From assembly GCF_020745735.1 (NCBI RefSeq), contig NC_083412.1, positions 59,548,320 to 59,612,319 on the forward strand: a stretch of 64,000 nt of DNA, written 5' to 3'. This DNA comes from Hemiscyllium ocellatum. Its lineage: Eukaryota. A program made the translations under genes and the position numbers. The notes under the pieces were generated by a model, which did not search any database, had not been told where the DNA came from, and saw only the letters and a program-made list of their open reading frames with translations. Below are positions 1-13,264 of this stretch, piece by piece; positions within the stretch are counted from its first letter, which is position 1; every line of letters begins with the position of its first letter.

Positions 1-785
1 GACCACTCCCTCCACGACTCCCTTGTCAGGTTCACACCACCCACCAACCCAACCTCCACTCCTGGCACCTTCCCCTGCAACCGCAAGAAATGCAAAACCT
101 GCACCCACACCTCCCCACTCACTTCCCTCCAACTCCCAAGGGATCCTTCCATATCTGTCACAAATTCACCTGCACCTCCACACACATCATTTAATGCATC
201 CGCTGCACCCAATGTGGCTTCCTCTACATTGGGGAGACAGGCCGCCTATTTGCAGAATGTTTCAGAGAACACCACTGGGACACCCGCACCAACCAATCCA
301 ACCACCCCAATGGCTGAACACTTTAACCTCCCCTCCCACTCTGACAAGGAAATGCAGGTTTTGGCCTCCTCCATCACCAGACCATGGCAACACGATGCCT
401 GGAGGAAGAGCGCCTCATCTTCCACCTAGGAACCCTCCAACCACAAGGGATGAATGCAGATTTCTCCAGCTTCCTCATTTCCCCTCCCCCCACCTTATCT
501 CAGTCCCAACCCTCAGACTCAGCACTGCCTTCTTGACCTGCAATCTTCTTCCCGACCTCTCCACGCCCCCACCCCCTCTCTAGCCTATCGCCCTCACCCT
601 AACCTCCTTCCACCAATCGCATTCCCAACAACCCCTCCCCTAAGTCCCTCCTCCCTACCTTTTATCTTAGCCTGCTTGGCACACCTTTCTCATTCCTGAA
701 GAAGGGCTCATGCCCGAAACATTGATTCTCCTGCTCCTTTGATGCTGCCTGACCTGCTGTGCTTTTCCAGCAACACATTGTTCAG
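1..785 (+). mobile_element. Penelope-like retroelement 3' fragment (GIY-YIG endonuclease remnant plus terminal repeat)
   Basis: A frame outside the ORF track reads FHICHKFTCTSTHII*CIRCTQCGFLYIGETGRLFAECFREH (about 145-275), matching the GIY-YIG motif of Penelope elements with an in-frame stop. It is followed by the cctgaagaagggctcatgcccgaaac...tgctgcctgacctgctgtgcttttccagc end that recurs in the window. Confidence 0.8.
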
Positions 786-1189
786 TGAAAGAGAGACTAC
801 AAACATCTTAAATGTTTAAACTTATACAATTTATTATGTAGAATCTATATAAGAGGTCTATAGTTCGACACAAATTTTAATTTATTGCTAAACAATGTGT
901 GCAGTTTTCTTTTCTTTTTGAATCTAAGAGTGGAAGTGGCTGAAATAGGAGGGACTTCTGCTCGGGGATGGGTTGGAATTTTGCACTTGGTTACTTAGTT
1001 GTCAAATGATTACATCAAGCGTTGGTGCTACACCACATTTTATGGGCTAAAGTGTTCTAAAGCCCATTGCGACCGTACAGGTTCCAACATCCAGATGCCA
1101 CGTTTAACAGGGACCCAGAAAACATTTCACTCTCTGCAACCCAAGAGCATTGATCAATCTCTACTCGTCATTCCCCCCTCACCCCTGGA

Positions 1190-1370
1190 GATGTCAGAGA
1201 CCAGGCCAAAAGGAATGCCTGGTTTAAACAATGCATCCCTAGAAGTTCTCCTGAAGGCCGATCACAGAGATGTTATTTTCCCTACAGTTGACAACAAGAG
1301 GCTGCTGCAGAGGCCCGCATGTGGGAGGGTTAAGCAAAACTGGCCCCAGTGCCGCAAGAGGGCAGGTATC
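1190..1370 (+). mobile_element. Degenerate Myb/SANT-like ORF fragment typical of PIF/Harbinger transposons
   Basis: ORF 999-1412 contains NASLEVLLKADHRDVIFP and NWPQCRKR, resembling the LEVLL..RRDVLFP..W.QCRKR pattern of Harbinger-associated Myb-like proteins (recognised by eye). Confidence 0.5.
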
Positions 1371-2732
1371 TCTGGCCACTCAACTCTTTATGCTCCCAGG
1401 AGTGTGAATTAACATTGTAAGGTTGTTACTGAAGCATAATGTTACACAAAAGCTTGGGTGCCAGGTCTCCATCAAATGTGCAATCAGTGTTTGCCATGTG
1501 TCATTGCAGCTACCCAGTGTAACAGTACTGAAATGACAGTGCCATCGCCTCTTACGCATCTGCTAGAGTTCACACTTAAAACATGAAAGGAACTGTAACA
1601 CCCAGCAACTCATATCAATGACATACACCACTTTGTGGAGAATTTGCACATCTCATAACCTTTCACCAAAGGCTCGCATGGGACAGTGACACAACCACAA
1701 AAGATGAGCTTTTGAGTTGATCACCTTTAATATTCAACTCCGTTTGCCTTGGTCAGGTTTGCTGGGGTCAGCTATTGTGCATCCCTCGTTGGGTCAGGCT
1801 TCATTCCCAACTCTGGAGGCATTTAATAACGACAAACCTGACTGGGACTTCTCAGCAACATGGAGACGCTCATCACTAAAGCTCTGAATGTTTGCTTTAA
1901 GAAATGTTTTAGTTACAAATGAGTCAAGTAACTGAAAAGGTGTTAGTTTATTGGTGCTTAGGGAAAGCAGTATATCCTACTTGGTGCACACCTGATAGAT
2001 ACAGTCAAATTTGTGACAACACGTAATTTCCATTTGGGCTCAGAGTGTTGTGACATGCTAATTAATGCAAAACATATACCGAACAGTGATGTTCAGGAAA
2101 GCTTACCTCCCTGAAAAGAGCTGAGAATTTACTAGCAAGAATTCAACTTGCTGTCAGGAATCTGAATCTTCATCTCCTGCCCAATTAGATTTCCCTGCCC
2201 TGCCCTTTTGAGAGCTCTGGGCTCTGGATATTCTGTATCATATGCAGATTTAAGGACATTCTGTTATTAGCAAGTGAACAACAAACTTTCTCAATTAATC
2301 TAATTCGTATTTTTCTCATGTCCAGATGTATTGTCAGGAAAGGTGAGGGCTGAAACTTCAAAACAATTATAATTTAAGGGGCCAGGAATTTTAGTTCGAA
2401 CTTGATGATGTATGTATCTTGGGACTCAATGTACATTTTGGGGAAAAAAAAATTGAAATAATTGAGGGTCCTGACTGGCATTACACATTTTCACTTTGTA
2501 AACCTCAGGTCAACTGAAACTCTTTGTGCGTATCTTAGCTTGCACCAAGCATCATGTACCTGTCATTTCCAAATCCAATGATCTAGGTTAGCTCCTGATC
2601 AACTTTAAAAATTCTCATCCTCGCTTGTAAATCTTTTCATGACCTCAACTCTGTCCGTCTCTATAATCATCCCCATTGCTAAAATATTCAGAGATTACTA
2701 TTTTTAACAATCAGAATCCCTATAGTGTGATG

Positions 2733-3021
2733 ACAGGCCCTTCGGCCAAATAGTCCACATCGAACCCCTGAAGAGTAACCCACCCAGACCCATTCTCCTC
2801 CCCTATATTTACCCCTGACTAATGAACCTACACATCCCTGACCACTATGGGCAATTTAGCATGTCTAATTCACCTAACCTGCCCATCTGTGGATTGTGGG
2901 AGGAAACCCACACAGACACAGGGAGAATGTACAAACTCCACACAGACAGTCACTCGAGGCTGGAATTTAACCCAGGTCCCTGGTGCTGTGAGACAGCAGT
3001 ATTAACCACTGAACCACTGTA
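2733..3021 (-). mobile_element. HE1-like tRNA-derived SINE, diverged
   Basis: Reverse complement of the same head and body as the copy at 4194-4506 (gtgctgtgagacagcagt..., ggaggaaacccacacagacacagggagaatgt). Confidence 0.7.
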
Positions 3022-4193
3022 CTACCCTTGCTGCTTGAATTCTGGCATCTTGAGTATCCATTATTTTTATTTACCTATCAATGGTGGCTCATCCTCCATC
3101 AGCCATGCATTTATATTCTGGAAATTCCTTCCTAAACCTCTCCACCTCACTTTTATTAATTTATATATATAAGAGTTAGACAAATTATTGACTGACAAGG
3201 GAGTCAAAGGTTATTGGGGCTAAACAGGGAAATTATTTAAAGTCACATTAGATTAGGCATGGTCTTATTTATTGGTAGAGGAGGCTTGAAGGCTTGAATG
3301 GCTTACCCCTAATTCCTTTGTTTTTGTGTTTGAAAATCTTTTTATGTGGCTCAGTGTCAATTTGGGTCCGTAACACTCCTGTGAAACATCTTAGGACAAT
3401 TTATTGAGTTAGAAGCAGCTTTATGAATACAAGCTATTATTTTTTGAATTTGGGTTTGATTCTCTTGTGTGAAAGTGTGGAACAGGTACTATCATTATAT
3501 TGAGCGTTACGATTATTCTGGAATAGCTAACTGTAAACTTAAAGTTTTTACTCAAGGACAGAGGAATTGGTGACAGGAAGTAGATTTTGAAGTCAACTGA
3601 ATTTGCTCTATTCATTCATGACTAATGCTTCTGCCTCCTTGCTGTCTAGCAGCATTAATCTCTGGAACTGCTTACAATGCCTCATACGTCTGGGCCCAGA
3701 ATTAGAATTGTCATTATTGTTAAGCTCGATTTAGTATTCTCTATCTTACAGTGCTGTGGAATCTCAGAACTTAATTTAGTTGAAGACAGGGATTGATACA
3801 TTTCCAGTCACTAATGGCATCATGGAAAAATGGATGGTGTGACAATGTATCATTAAGGTAGATGATCAGTAGCTTGGTAGAGCAAGCTCAAGAGCTTGGA
3901 TAGCCTACCTCTGGTCCTTTGTTGCTCCCTCTGTTGTTCCGCTTTGCAACACCTGAGACATCTACCAATAGCTCTTCCCTGACTGCAAAATTTGGCATGT
4001 GTACTGTGACATGTCACTAGTGTAAGAACTGTGTTTTTTTTATTTTTGTGTCTTTTAAAACTGCAAACTACAATGAGAGTGAACTTTAAAAGCAGGGAGT
4101 TACCAAGATGGCTGCATAATTTCACAGCAAAAAATTTGAACCTATTGCGATCTCTGTTTTTGTTTTGTGGCTATGGGTTCCCCATATGTTTTG

Positions 4194-4506
4194 GGGCGGC
4201 ACGGTGGCACAGTGGTTAGCACTGCAGCCTCACAGCGCCTGAGACCCGGGTTCAATTCCCGACTCAGGCGACTGACTGTGTGGAGTTTGCACGTTCTCCC
4301 CGTGTCTGCGTGGGTTTCCTCCGGGTGCTCTGGTTTCCTCCCACAGTCCAAAGATGTGCGGGATCAGGTGAATTGGCCATGCTAAATTGCCCGTAGTGTT
4401 AGGTAAGGGGTAAATGTAGGGGTATGGGTGGGTTGCGCTTCGGCGGGTCGGTGTGGACTTGTTGGGCCGAAGGGCCTGTTTCCACACTGTAAGTAATCTA
4501 ATCTAA
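4194..4506 (+). mobile_element. HE1-like shark SINE, full length
   Basis: tRNA-like head gggcggcacggtggcacagtggttagc (A box) and gggttcaattccc (B box); ends in a taatctaatctaa tail. Near-identical copies lie at 17679-17979 and 43675-43991. Confidence 0.9.
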
Positions 4507-5089
4507 ACAATGGACAGACAAATAAGAGCTGATCAGCTCCTCATTTTGTTTAAAAGTGAACCTGATTGGTTGTTAGCTAACTGATCAGGTTGGAACTGGA
4601 AACAAGTTACAGTGACATCGACAGGGAAAGCAAGAAAGACGCAGAAAGCTGTACAGTCGCTCTCCTCCAGCAGAAGCTGCCTGTTCTCTGTAATAACACT
4701 CAGCTTAAACTTGAAAAAGCAAGTTATCTTTCCTACAACAGTGGATACAACATAATAGCAGAAGATGGTTTACTGAAAATGAAGATTGGAAAACAAAAAG
4801 GAAAAAGAAAATTAAACAGAAAATTACAATCTTAATGATGTCATGAAAAATGACAGAATATAAGTGCAAATTATCTGGATATGATCATCCTTTTTTTCAG
4901 GTCATACGAAGAATGAAGTGGATATTGTGCTGCAAGGTGTATTACATGTGTCATATTTAATATTTGGATTTTAAAATAGAGGTGGGTAGATATGGGTCAG
5001 TTCTGTGACGGTTTTTATATATCAATTCAGAAAGTCATTTGGAGGAGAGACGTAGATAAATCAATTCCAAGAAAGTATGCAACTACAGT

Positions 5090-5670
5090 CATGTGACTGG
5101 GATAACCCTCTGTACTGTTAATGGATAAAATGTTTATGCTGTTGAGTGATTGAGTAAACATGTCAAGGTAAGTAGTTTGATTGGGACGTCAGAACAAAAT
5201 ACTCATGGGATAGAGTCTTCCAGGCATAAGAATGATATGGGTTATGGCTAGAAGGTTAGTTGGGAAAATCACATGAGATTGTCCAGTATGGAACTTCTCA
5301 ATGGAGAGTATTCTGAGGGGACTTGACCAGATGGATGTTGAAAGGATGTTTCCCCTTGTGGGAGAATTTTAAACCAGGCATCACAGTTTAAAAATAGGCG
5401 ACACCCATTTAAGACAGAGATGAAGAATATATTTTTCTCTCAGAGTATTGTGAGTCTTTAGAATTCCTTTCCTCAAAAGACAGTGGATGCAGAATGTTGT
5501 AAGATTTTTAAGGCAGATAGATTCTTGATTACTAAGGGGATGAGAGATTATTGTGGATATGCAGGTGTGTAGAGTTGAGCTTAAAATCAGATCAACTGTG
5601 ATCTTATTGAATGGCAGAGCAGGCTTGGATGGCCAACTGGTCTACTCCTGTTCTGTGTTGGTATGCTTGT
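5090..5670 (+). mobile_element. CR1-clade LINE 3' fragment
   Basis: Decayed CR1 3' end (aaggatgtttccccttgtgggag..., tttaagacagagatgaag, ttgaatggcagagcaggc...ctactcctg), similar to other CR1 tails in the window. Confidence 0.65.
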
Positions 5671-6239
5671 CTGAGAACAGAAAGTCTAATTTTCTAGTGA
5701 ATGCTGAATGGTGAGATGAGATTCTCACGAGGGAGTGGCAATAAGCCCATTGTATGCATTGATGTGCACTAACATCTCATTATTGCCTAAGCTCACCCTC
5801 TTATTGTGGGTGGTTTCCCATCTTGATGGTGACAATTCATGACATCAAAGTTAAAGCAGTTACATGGAGACTCCAGCTCTTGCATAACTGCTCCATGAGT
5901 CCATATAAGATGATTGGCATGCCGGCATAATTCACAGCATTGGCATCAAGTGCTGGAAATCACAGCCACACACAGATTGTGGAATTCATGCAGAAGTAAA
6001 CAAATTTGCAGGAGTGCTAGTCGCAAGCAGAAATCAGTCAAGGGGTTGCTGGATGTCATCATGCTACATTTATCTCACACCTGGACCATGTGCCAGCAAC
6101 ATTCACTACAAACACACTCCATGTACATGAACCATTTTGTAGTCTCTGGTGGATGTAGATTGCTATTGAAGATGTACCATATAACTGCTGTCATTTCTTA
6201 CTTTGTGCATGATTTCAAGGTGGCCCACATAAACCAGAA

Positions 6240-6495
6240 TGGCACAGTGGCTCAATGGTTAGCACTGCTGTATCACAGTACCAGGAACCTGGGTTTGATT
6301 CCACCCTTGAGTAACTGTCAATGCAAAATTTCCTCCAGGTGCTCTGGTTTCCTCCCAAAGTCCAAAGATATGCAGGTTAGGTGAATTAGCCATGGGAATT
6401 GTAGGGATAGGGTGAGTGGACTGCTCTTCAGAGGTTCGGTCTGGACTCAATGGGCCAAATTGCCTACTTCTGCACAGTAGGGATTGTATAATTCT
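6240..6495 (+). mobile_element. HE1-like SINE variant with internal deletion
   Basis: ggcacagtggctcaatggttagcactgct head and ggtttcctcccaaagtccaaagatatgcaggttagg body. Confidence 0.7.
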
Positions 6496-6664
6496 GTGAT
6501 TCACTTAAAACAATTAGAAGTTCTGTTTTTAAAATTACGAACAATTGATTTGGTGATCAAACTTGCTCAAGATAAATTTGGAAAAGTGTGGTTACCTCCC
6601 CAGGACATATAATAGGACAAAGGCAAATGCTGTCAAGAACTCAGAAGTATTGACTTTGAAAGGG

Positions 6665-6870
6665 TTGATTAGATTAGATTACTTACAATGTGGAGACAGG
6701 CCCTTCGACCCAACAAGTCCACACTGACCATCCAAAGCGTAACCCACCCAGACCCATTCACCTACATTTACCTCTTCACCTAACACTACGGGAAATTTAG
6801 CATGGCCAATTTACCTAATCTGCACATTTTTGGACTGTGGGAGGAAACCAGAGCACCCGGAGGAAACCTA
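6665..6870 (-). mobile_element. HE1-like SINE, 5'-truncated
   Basis: gattagattagattac tail followed by reverse-complement SINE body up to ggaggaaacc. Confidence 0.75.
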
Positions 6871-7436
6871 TAAAACTAAATGAGAAATGGTAAGATTTGT
6901 GGGAATGTGTGGTTTCTATTGCAGGTTTGTAGCAGACCTCAGCAAAATAGCAGCTCTTCGGAATGATTTGCTACAAAAGAATACAAGGTAGTTTGGTCAA
7001 AGGAGTGTCAAATAGCTCTTGAGAGTCGAAAAGTAATTATAATCAATGAATCCATGTAGGCAGCCCCTAATTTCATGACACGTCAAGGTAGCAATTGATG
7101 CTAGTGACTTAGAGTAGGTGCAGTTCTGTGACAATAAATTGAGTCCAACATAGAGAAGTTAGTGGGATGCTTTTCTAAAAAGCTCAATCAACACTAAAAA
7201 AGATACCTGCCAGTGTGTAATGACCAGATATAAAAGGACGATCAACTCCTCTCTTTATAAGCTCCCTCTTGGTCATTTGCACCAAATATTTTGTATTATA
7301 ACATCTCCAAGCATGTTGATTAAAATAATTGATGAAAATTAGTGTCTTGTCTTTTCTAAACCGCATCCCCTGACACACACACACGTACTCAAACAATAGT
7401 CAAGATTCAGAACTCTGGTGGATATAGTTTTCTATT

Positions 7437-7449
7437 AGAGATGCATCTC
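7437..7449. repeat. Left target-site duplication of the L1 element (AGAGATGCATCTC)
   Basis: The identical 13-mer occurs at 13252-13264, directly after the A-tail. Confidence 0.9.
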
Positions 7450-7457
7450 GGGGGATC

Positions 7458-7469
7458 CAAGATGGCGGC
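7458..7469 (+). promoter_or_regulatory. YY1-type motif at the L1 5' end
   Basis: CAAGATGGCGGC starts 8 bp inside the element after a G-run, the same layout as the YY1 site at the 5' end of mammalian L1. Confidence 0.55.
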
Positions 7470-7621
7470 GACTCAGCAAGACTGAGTCCACAGTGCTCTA
7501 CCCAAAACTTGGGAAAAGTGGGCTATCCACCCCCACCACACTCACTAAACCATTTATAATAGTTGTTAACCTTAAATAGTTACCTATTAGTACATTTAAA
7601 TAGTCTAATACTAGCTGGAAA

Positions 7622-8485
7622 ATGAGTAAAGGGAAGGGAACAGGCGGCTCTAAGAAAGCAGGGACCCCTCCCCCACCCTCTCCCTCTTCAGCTGCAACAA
7701 AGGTGTCTTCAGCTACTTCAGGAGATTTACCAATGAAGATGAGCTTTGAGGAGATGTTTGCCAGGTGGGAGGCGAAGATTGATGCTTTTATCGATGAGTC
7801 TCGGCAGAGCAGAGAAGCACTATCAGCCGAGCTGCAGAAGCAGGGCAGAGACATTCAGGAATTGGAGTGCCGAGTCAGAGAGGTGGAGTCGAAGGCCGCA
7901 GCCTCAGAGACTGGGATAAAATCAACAGCTGACCACATCCGTTTTCTCGAGAATCGAGTCCAGAACCTAGAAAACCACATTGATGACCTCGAAAATCGAT
8001 GTCGTAGAAAAAATATTCGGTTGGTGGGCCTGCCCGAGCAGGAAGAGGGAGGTCAGCTGACAGCATTCTTAGAGCATTGGCTGCCACAACTTTTAAATCT
8101 GCATAATGGATCAGGCCAGGTAAGGATAGAATGGGCCTACCGGGTCACAGTACGTGGGCCCGGCTCAACCCAGCGCCCACGCCCGGTCCTGTTCCAGCTG
8201 CAGAGCTATAGGGAGAGGCAGATGCTCCTGGAAGCCTCAAGAAATCTGGGAAAAGATCCCCAAGCTATGACCCACAAAGGATCCAGGATCATGCTGTTCC
8301 AGGACTTCTCCCCAGCTTTGGTCCGAAAGAGGAAGGCATTCGATGAGGCGAAGAAGCGTTTAAGGGACTTAAATATCCAGTACTCCTTACGATATCCAGC
8401 GACGCTACGCCTTAGCCACGAAGGATCCATATATAACTTCGGATCACCGGAGAAGGCTAAGGAATTCTTGGACTCTCTTAAATAA
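7622..8485 (+). CDS. L1 ORF1 protein (coiled coil, RRM, CTD), intact, 287 aa
   Basis: Heptad-rich segment followed by RRKNIRLVGLPE, AYR, PRP and FQDFS motifs typical of L1 ORF1p. Confidence 0.9.
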   Translation: MSKGKGTGGSKKAGTPPPPSPSSAATKVSSATSGDLPMKMSFEEMFARWEAKIDAFIDESRQSREALSAELQKQGRDIQELECRVREVESKAAASETGIKSTADHIRFLENRVQNLENHIDDLENRCRRKNIRLVGLPEQEEGGQLTAFLEHWLPQLLNLHNGSGQVRIEWAYRVTVRGPGSTQRPRPVLFQLQSYRERQMLLEASRNLGKDPQAMTHKGSRIMLFQDFSPALVRKRKAFDEAKKRLRDLNIQYSLRYPATLRLSHEGSIYNFGSPEKAKEFLDSLK

Positions 8486-9105
8486 ACTGTAAGAGATTGT
8501 GGACGCTGGTCTGCCTTTCCCATTATTTTGGTTTACATCCCTTCATCTTTTCTTATCTTTCCCCCTATGTGTGTATGTATATATATATGTTGGGGCGTTT
8601 GGTTAATGTTGATGGGGAGAGGTGGTTACCTTATTCTATTTTACTTCTGTTTTTAGGAGCGGGGTTGTTTTTCTTTCCCCTGTTATTTTGTGGTATTATA
8701 TTTAAGTATTACATGTTGAGATTGTAATCTTATAGTTATATATGGTATTAATATTCCCAAATATATTTAGATGTGGGTGTGGGTGGGGGTGGGGTGTTCA
8801 CTGTTAACTCTAGCTTTATATTATATTTGAATTCTCCTCATTTTATTGAGGAACACCTGGGTCAAGGGTGGGGCACTGGTTGGAAGAGGGTAAGATGGAC
8901 TGTGGGAGAGGAAGTGACGCTCCCTGGGAACAAGGGAGAAAATCTCCAATTCGGAATGTTTTATATTTTTTATACTTAGAAAGAGTTTTTTGTTATATTG
9001 TTTTGAGTGTATCAGAGAGTCTTTACTTTTGTAAATCTTGTATGCTCCATGCTCGGGATGTTCTAGATAGGGTTTCCCCTCCCGAGGGGTCTCGGATCTG
9101 TCCAG

Positions 9106-12100
9106 ATGATTATGGCTGAACAGTCGGTTAAGTGGTGCACCTGGAATGTCAGGGGGAGTAATTCGCCAGTTAAAAGGAAGAAAATATTATCAAATCTTAA
9201 GAAGGAGAGAGTTGATATAGATCTCCTACAGGAGACACACCTGTCGGATAAAGAACACTTAAAATTACGACAGGGCGGATTTGATCAGGCCTTTTTTTCC
9301 TCTTTAATTCAAAAAGCAGGGGAGTCGTTATCCTTGTCCGGAAGAACTTCCCTTTGAAAATTCTAAATCAGATAAAAGACGAATCTGGACGATATATTTT
9401 GATTAAAGCCCTCATAAATGGAGAGGAATATGGGATCTTAAATGTATACTGCCCCCCGGCACACCCCTTTAAATTCATAACGGAAGCTTTTTCAAAACTG
9501 ATGGCCTTTGGTGCCCGTCATACAATTATAGGGGGAGACTTTAATTGTATTATGGATCCGGAAATAGACAGGATTCCCAAGAGTGCCGCTGGAGTATCTC
9601 CCAGATCTAGACAACTGGCGGACCTGAATAAAGAATTAGGATTGGTAGATGTATGGAGATGTCTCCATCCACAGGGTAGAGATTTTTCTTTCTACTCTAA
9701 TCCACATAAATGTCACACAAGAATTGATATGTTTTTTGCCCCATCGATTTTTCTAAACTCTATAGCAACCTGTAAAATAGGTACTATAGCAATCTCTGAC
9801 CATGCCGCTGTATACATGGAAACTAAGGTAAAGAACAATGGGACATCTGCTCGGCATTGGCGTATGGACCCCTTCCTGATAAAAGATAGCAAATTTTTAA
9901 AGTACTTCTCCCAAGAACTTAAAACCTTTTTAGAAATTAATACTGGTACGGCTAGCAATCCGTCAATGATGTGGGAGACCATCAAAGCTTATGCACGAGG
10001 TTTGATCATCTCCTATTCAGCGACCCAGAGGAAAATGAAGGGAGAGCAACAGCGTCTGCTCGAAGCTCGCCTAAAAGCAGCCGAAACAGCATACGCTGAT
10101 AGACCTTCTATCACAAAATTGCAGAGGATTACAGCTCTTAGGACAGCTTTAAACACCGCGCTTACTCAAACGGCTAAAAGGGAAATATTATTTGCGAAAC
10201 AAAGATTATATGAATATGGCGACAAACCGGGTAGATACTTAGCATTTCTTGCAAAGAAAAAGAAAGCCCCTCAAACTATTCCGACCATCAAGGAAAGTAC
10301 AGGTACCCTGACTCATGATCATAAAAAGATCAATGCGACCTTTAAAGAATTTTATTCTGAACTATATAGATCGCAGGATTGTGAAGATAGGATTAGGAGG
10401 ATGCAGTCATTTTTTAAAAATTTGACCTTCCCGGGCCTGACTCCGGAACAGGTGTCGGCCCTAAATACCCCTTTAACAGTCCAAGAAATACTTGAGGCAA
10501 TTAGGCAACTTCAGAGCGGAAAAACACCGGGCCCGGATGGTTTTCAAGCTGAATTCTATAAAGAATTTACAGGAATATTGGTTGACCCACTTATGGATAT
10601 GTATAATTTTGTGCATAGTCAGGTCTGTCTCCCGCCCACGCTGAAAGAAGCAAATATTTCTCTTATCCTCAAAAAAGGAAAAGACCCAGAAGATTGTGCA
10701 TCTTACAGACCAATATCCTTACTAAATGTAGACTTTAAAATTCTCTCAAAAATGTTAGCACTAAGACTAGAAAGGGTACTGCCATATATTATAAAGGAGG
10801 ACCAGACGGGATTTATTAAGGGCCGCAGATCATCCAATAATATCAGAAGGGTCTTGAATATGATCCAAGCCTGTCATCAGGGAAAGATACCAGGAGTAGT
10901 AATTTCATTGGATGCGGAAAAGGCATTTGATAGGGTTGAATGGTCATATTTATTTTACACATTGGAAAGGTTTGGCGTTGGACAGGTGTTTACCAAATGG
11001 GTTTCAACATTGTATAATGACCCCAAAGCAGCTGTTATTACTAATGGGTTAAGATCGGATGGCTTCAGTGTGGGTAGGGGCTGCCGTCAAGGATGTCCTC
11101 TCTCACCATTGTTGTTTACACTGATAATCGAACCATTAGCAGAAGCCATCCGGACTGATCCTAATATAACGGCCCCGAGGATTGGTACAGGTAAACACAA
11201 AATTACCCTCTATGCAGATGACGTTCTCTTATTCCTCAGTAATCCTTTAATGTCAGTGCCTCATCTAATTCAAGTTATTAATACATTTAGTGCATTTGCA
11301 GGCTATAAAATTAATTTTTCAAAATCGGAAGCCATGCCAATGGGTGGTCTGGCTATGATACCCCACTTAATGGACGGATCCCCTTTTCCCTTCCGTTGGT
11401 CCCTGGAGGGCTTCTTATATTTAGGTATTTTTATCACGCCAGTATTTGATCAGCTGTATAGGGCTAATTTTGTACAATTAATGGAAAGGATAAGGCAGGA
11501 CCTCCAGCGATGGAGAGACCTTCCGATTTCCTGGCTAGGGAGAATAGCATTAATTAAAATGAATGTTCCGCCCCGTCTCTTATATCCTATGAGAATGCTC
11601 CTGCTGATGCTGCCAAGGCTAGCCCTACGTAAATTATATGGCTGGTTGGGCTCCTTTATTTGGAACCATAGACGGCCCCTTATTAAGCTGAAGAAGCTAC
11701 AGCTTCCACAGGCAAGGGGAGGACTGGACTTCCCAGACTTTAGGAAATATCAGTTAAGCTCCCTACTAAGTTACATAGCTGATTGGGTTTCATCTGATCC
11801 ACAATCAATTTGGCTGGATATCGAAGCCTCCCAAGTAAAATACCCACTTATTAACCTTTTATTTTCAGATAAGAGGAAAATCATTACAGACCGCTGTAAA
11901 AATCCCATAATATTAAACACAATTAAGGCCTGGAATATAATGCGGCAAAATGAGGGTAACTCACATAAAACATCCCCCCATGCACCAATAGTAGGCGCAT
12001 GGGGATTCCAACCGGGGATTACAGATGCCACCTTTAAACTCTGGAGATCCAGGGGCATCTCATGCTTAGGGGACCTATTTAAAGATGGGATCCTGATGTC

Positions 12101-12917
12101 CTTTGAGCAGCTGCGTCTGAAATTCGGAATACCTAATGGGGATCTCTTTCGATACTTCCAAGTTCGAGATTATATACAGAGGAAGACTACATTAATAGAT
12201 AGTCTTTATAAATCAGACAGAGAACGTAATGTCTTACGACCAGCGGGGGCATCCTCCGTTAGTACTATATACCATTTGCTACATGATGGAGTCTCAGGAG
12301 ACATGGATGACCTGCTTAAAACATGGGAGCAGGACTTGGGGCTAGAAATCTCTGAGGATATGTGGAATGACATTTGGGAAAATGCTAGAAGAATTGCTAT
12401 CTGTAACAGAACTCAGGCTATCCAACTAAAGATACTTCATAGGGCCCATATAGCTCCGGCTCGACTGGCAAAATTTAAGGCAGGAGCATCTCCAATGTGT
12501 CCCAAATGCAAAATAGAGGTGGGTACTCTTGCACATTGTCTGTGGACTTGTCAGAAAATCCACAGATACTGGACTAAAGTGGCAAATACCCTGACAGAAA
12601 TTTTAGGAATGGAAATTAGGGTGGACCCTGTATCTCTCCTTTTGGGCTTTTCGAACCTCTCATCTCTGGATATGCATGGGAAGAGACTATTTTCTATTCT
12701 CTCTTTCTGTGCAAGGAAAAATATTTTGGTGAACTGGGTGGCTGAGGGCCCCCCTGGACTTTCAAATTGGCTCAGATTAATTATGGAATATATCCCCCTT
12801 GACTTCCTCACAAATATGGTGCACCGAAAGACTGAATTATTTTATAAAATATGGCAGCCCTTTTTGAATTATATAAATGCAGATATTTCGGCTATCCTAA
12901 CAAGGGCTTTTATTTAG
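9106..12917 (+). CDS. L1 ORF2 (APE endonuclease, reverse transcriptase, CCHC) split by one 1-bp deletion near 9303-9305
   Basis: EN motifs WNVRG, LQETH, GGDFN, RIDMF, SDH; RT motifs GRGCRQGCPLSP and LYADD; CPKC..HCLWTC knuckle. Adding one T at tcttt restores FSSFNSKSRGVVILVRK and joins ORFs 9106-9357 and 9354-12917. Confidence 0.9.
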
Positions 12918-13251
12918 TGAAGATTTCAGACCAGGCTGCTCCGGGGCCCCTTGGGAGAGGAATCCTGCGCGAATACGGGTTTATTATATTTGATGTTTAT
13001 ACATTCCGAGCATGTAAGAGACTTAGGTATACACTCTGGTTAGTTATAGGTTAGATTAGTAGAAAATTGAGGTTTTTTTTTCTTTTTTCGTTTCTTTTTT
13101 TTTCTTTTTTGTTTTCTTTCTCTTTTCTTTGTTAAATTATGACTATTGTATATATGATTTAATTGTACATCAATGTTTGTATTTGAGAGTTTTGTTTATT
13201 TTTGTAAATTTGCAAAAATGTTAAATTTCAATAAAAATATCTACAAAAAAA

Positions 13252-13264
13252 AGAGATGCATCTC
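13252..13264. repeat. Right target-site duplication of the L1 element
   Basis: AGAGATGCATCTC, identical to 7437-7449. Confidence 0.9.

Larger units (their letters stand above)
7450..13251 (+). mobile_element. Full-length L1-clade non-LTR retrotransposon (about 5.8 kb)
   Basis: Starts GGGGGATCCAAGATGGCGGCG; contains ORF1, a 620-bp spacer, ORF2 (EN-RT-CCHC), a T-rich 3' UTR, AATAAA at 13230-13235 and a short A-tail; flanked by a 13-bp TSD. Confidence 0.95.

Noticed and set aside
23-699. Pro/His-rich ORFs as host proteins
   Set aside because: They are off-frame readings of the Penelope remnant.
3853-4125. Minus-strand ORF or exon candidate
   Set aside because: No recognisable homology and no compatible partner exon.
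4194-4270. tRNA gene
   Set aside because: The A and B boxes are the head of a multi-copy SINE and continue into SINE body and tail.
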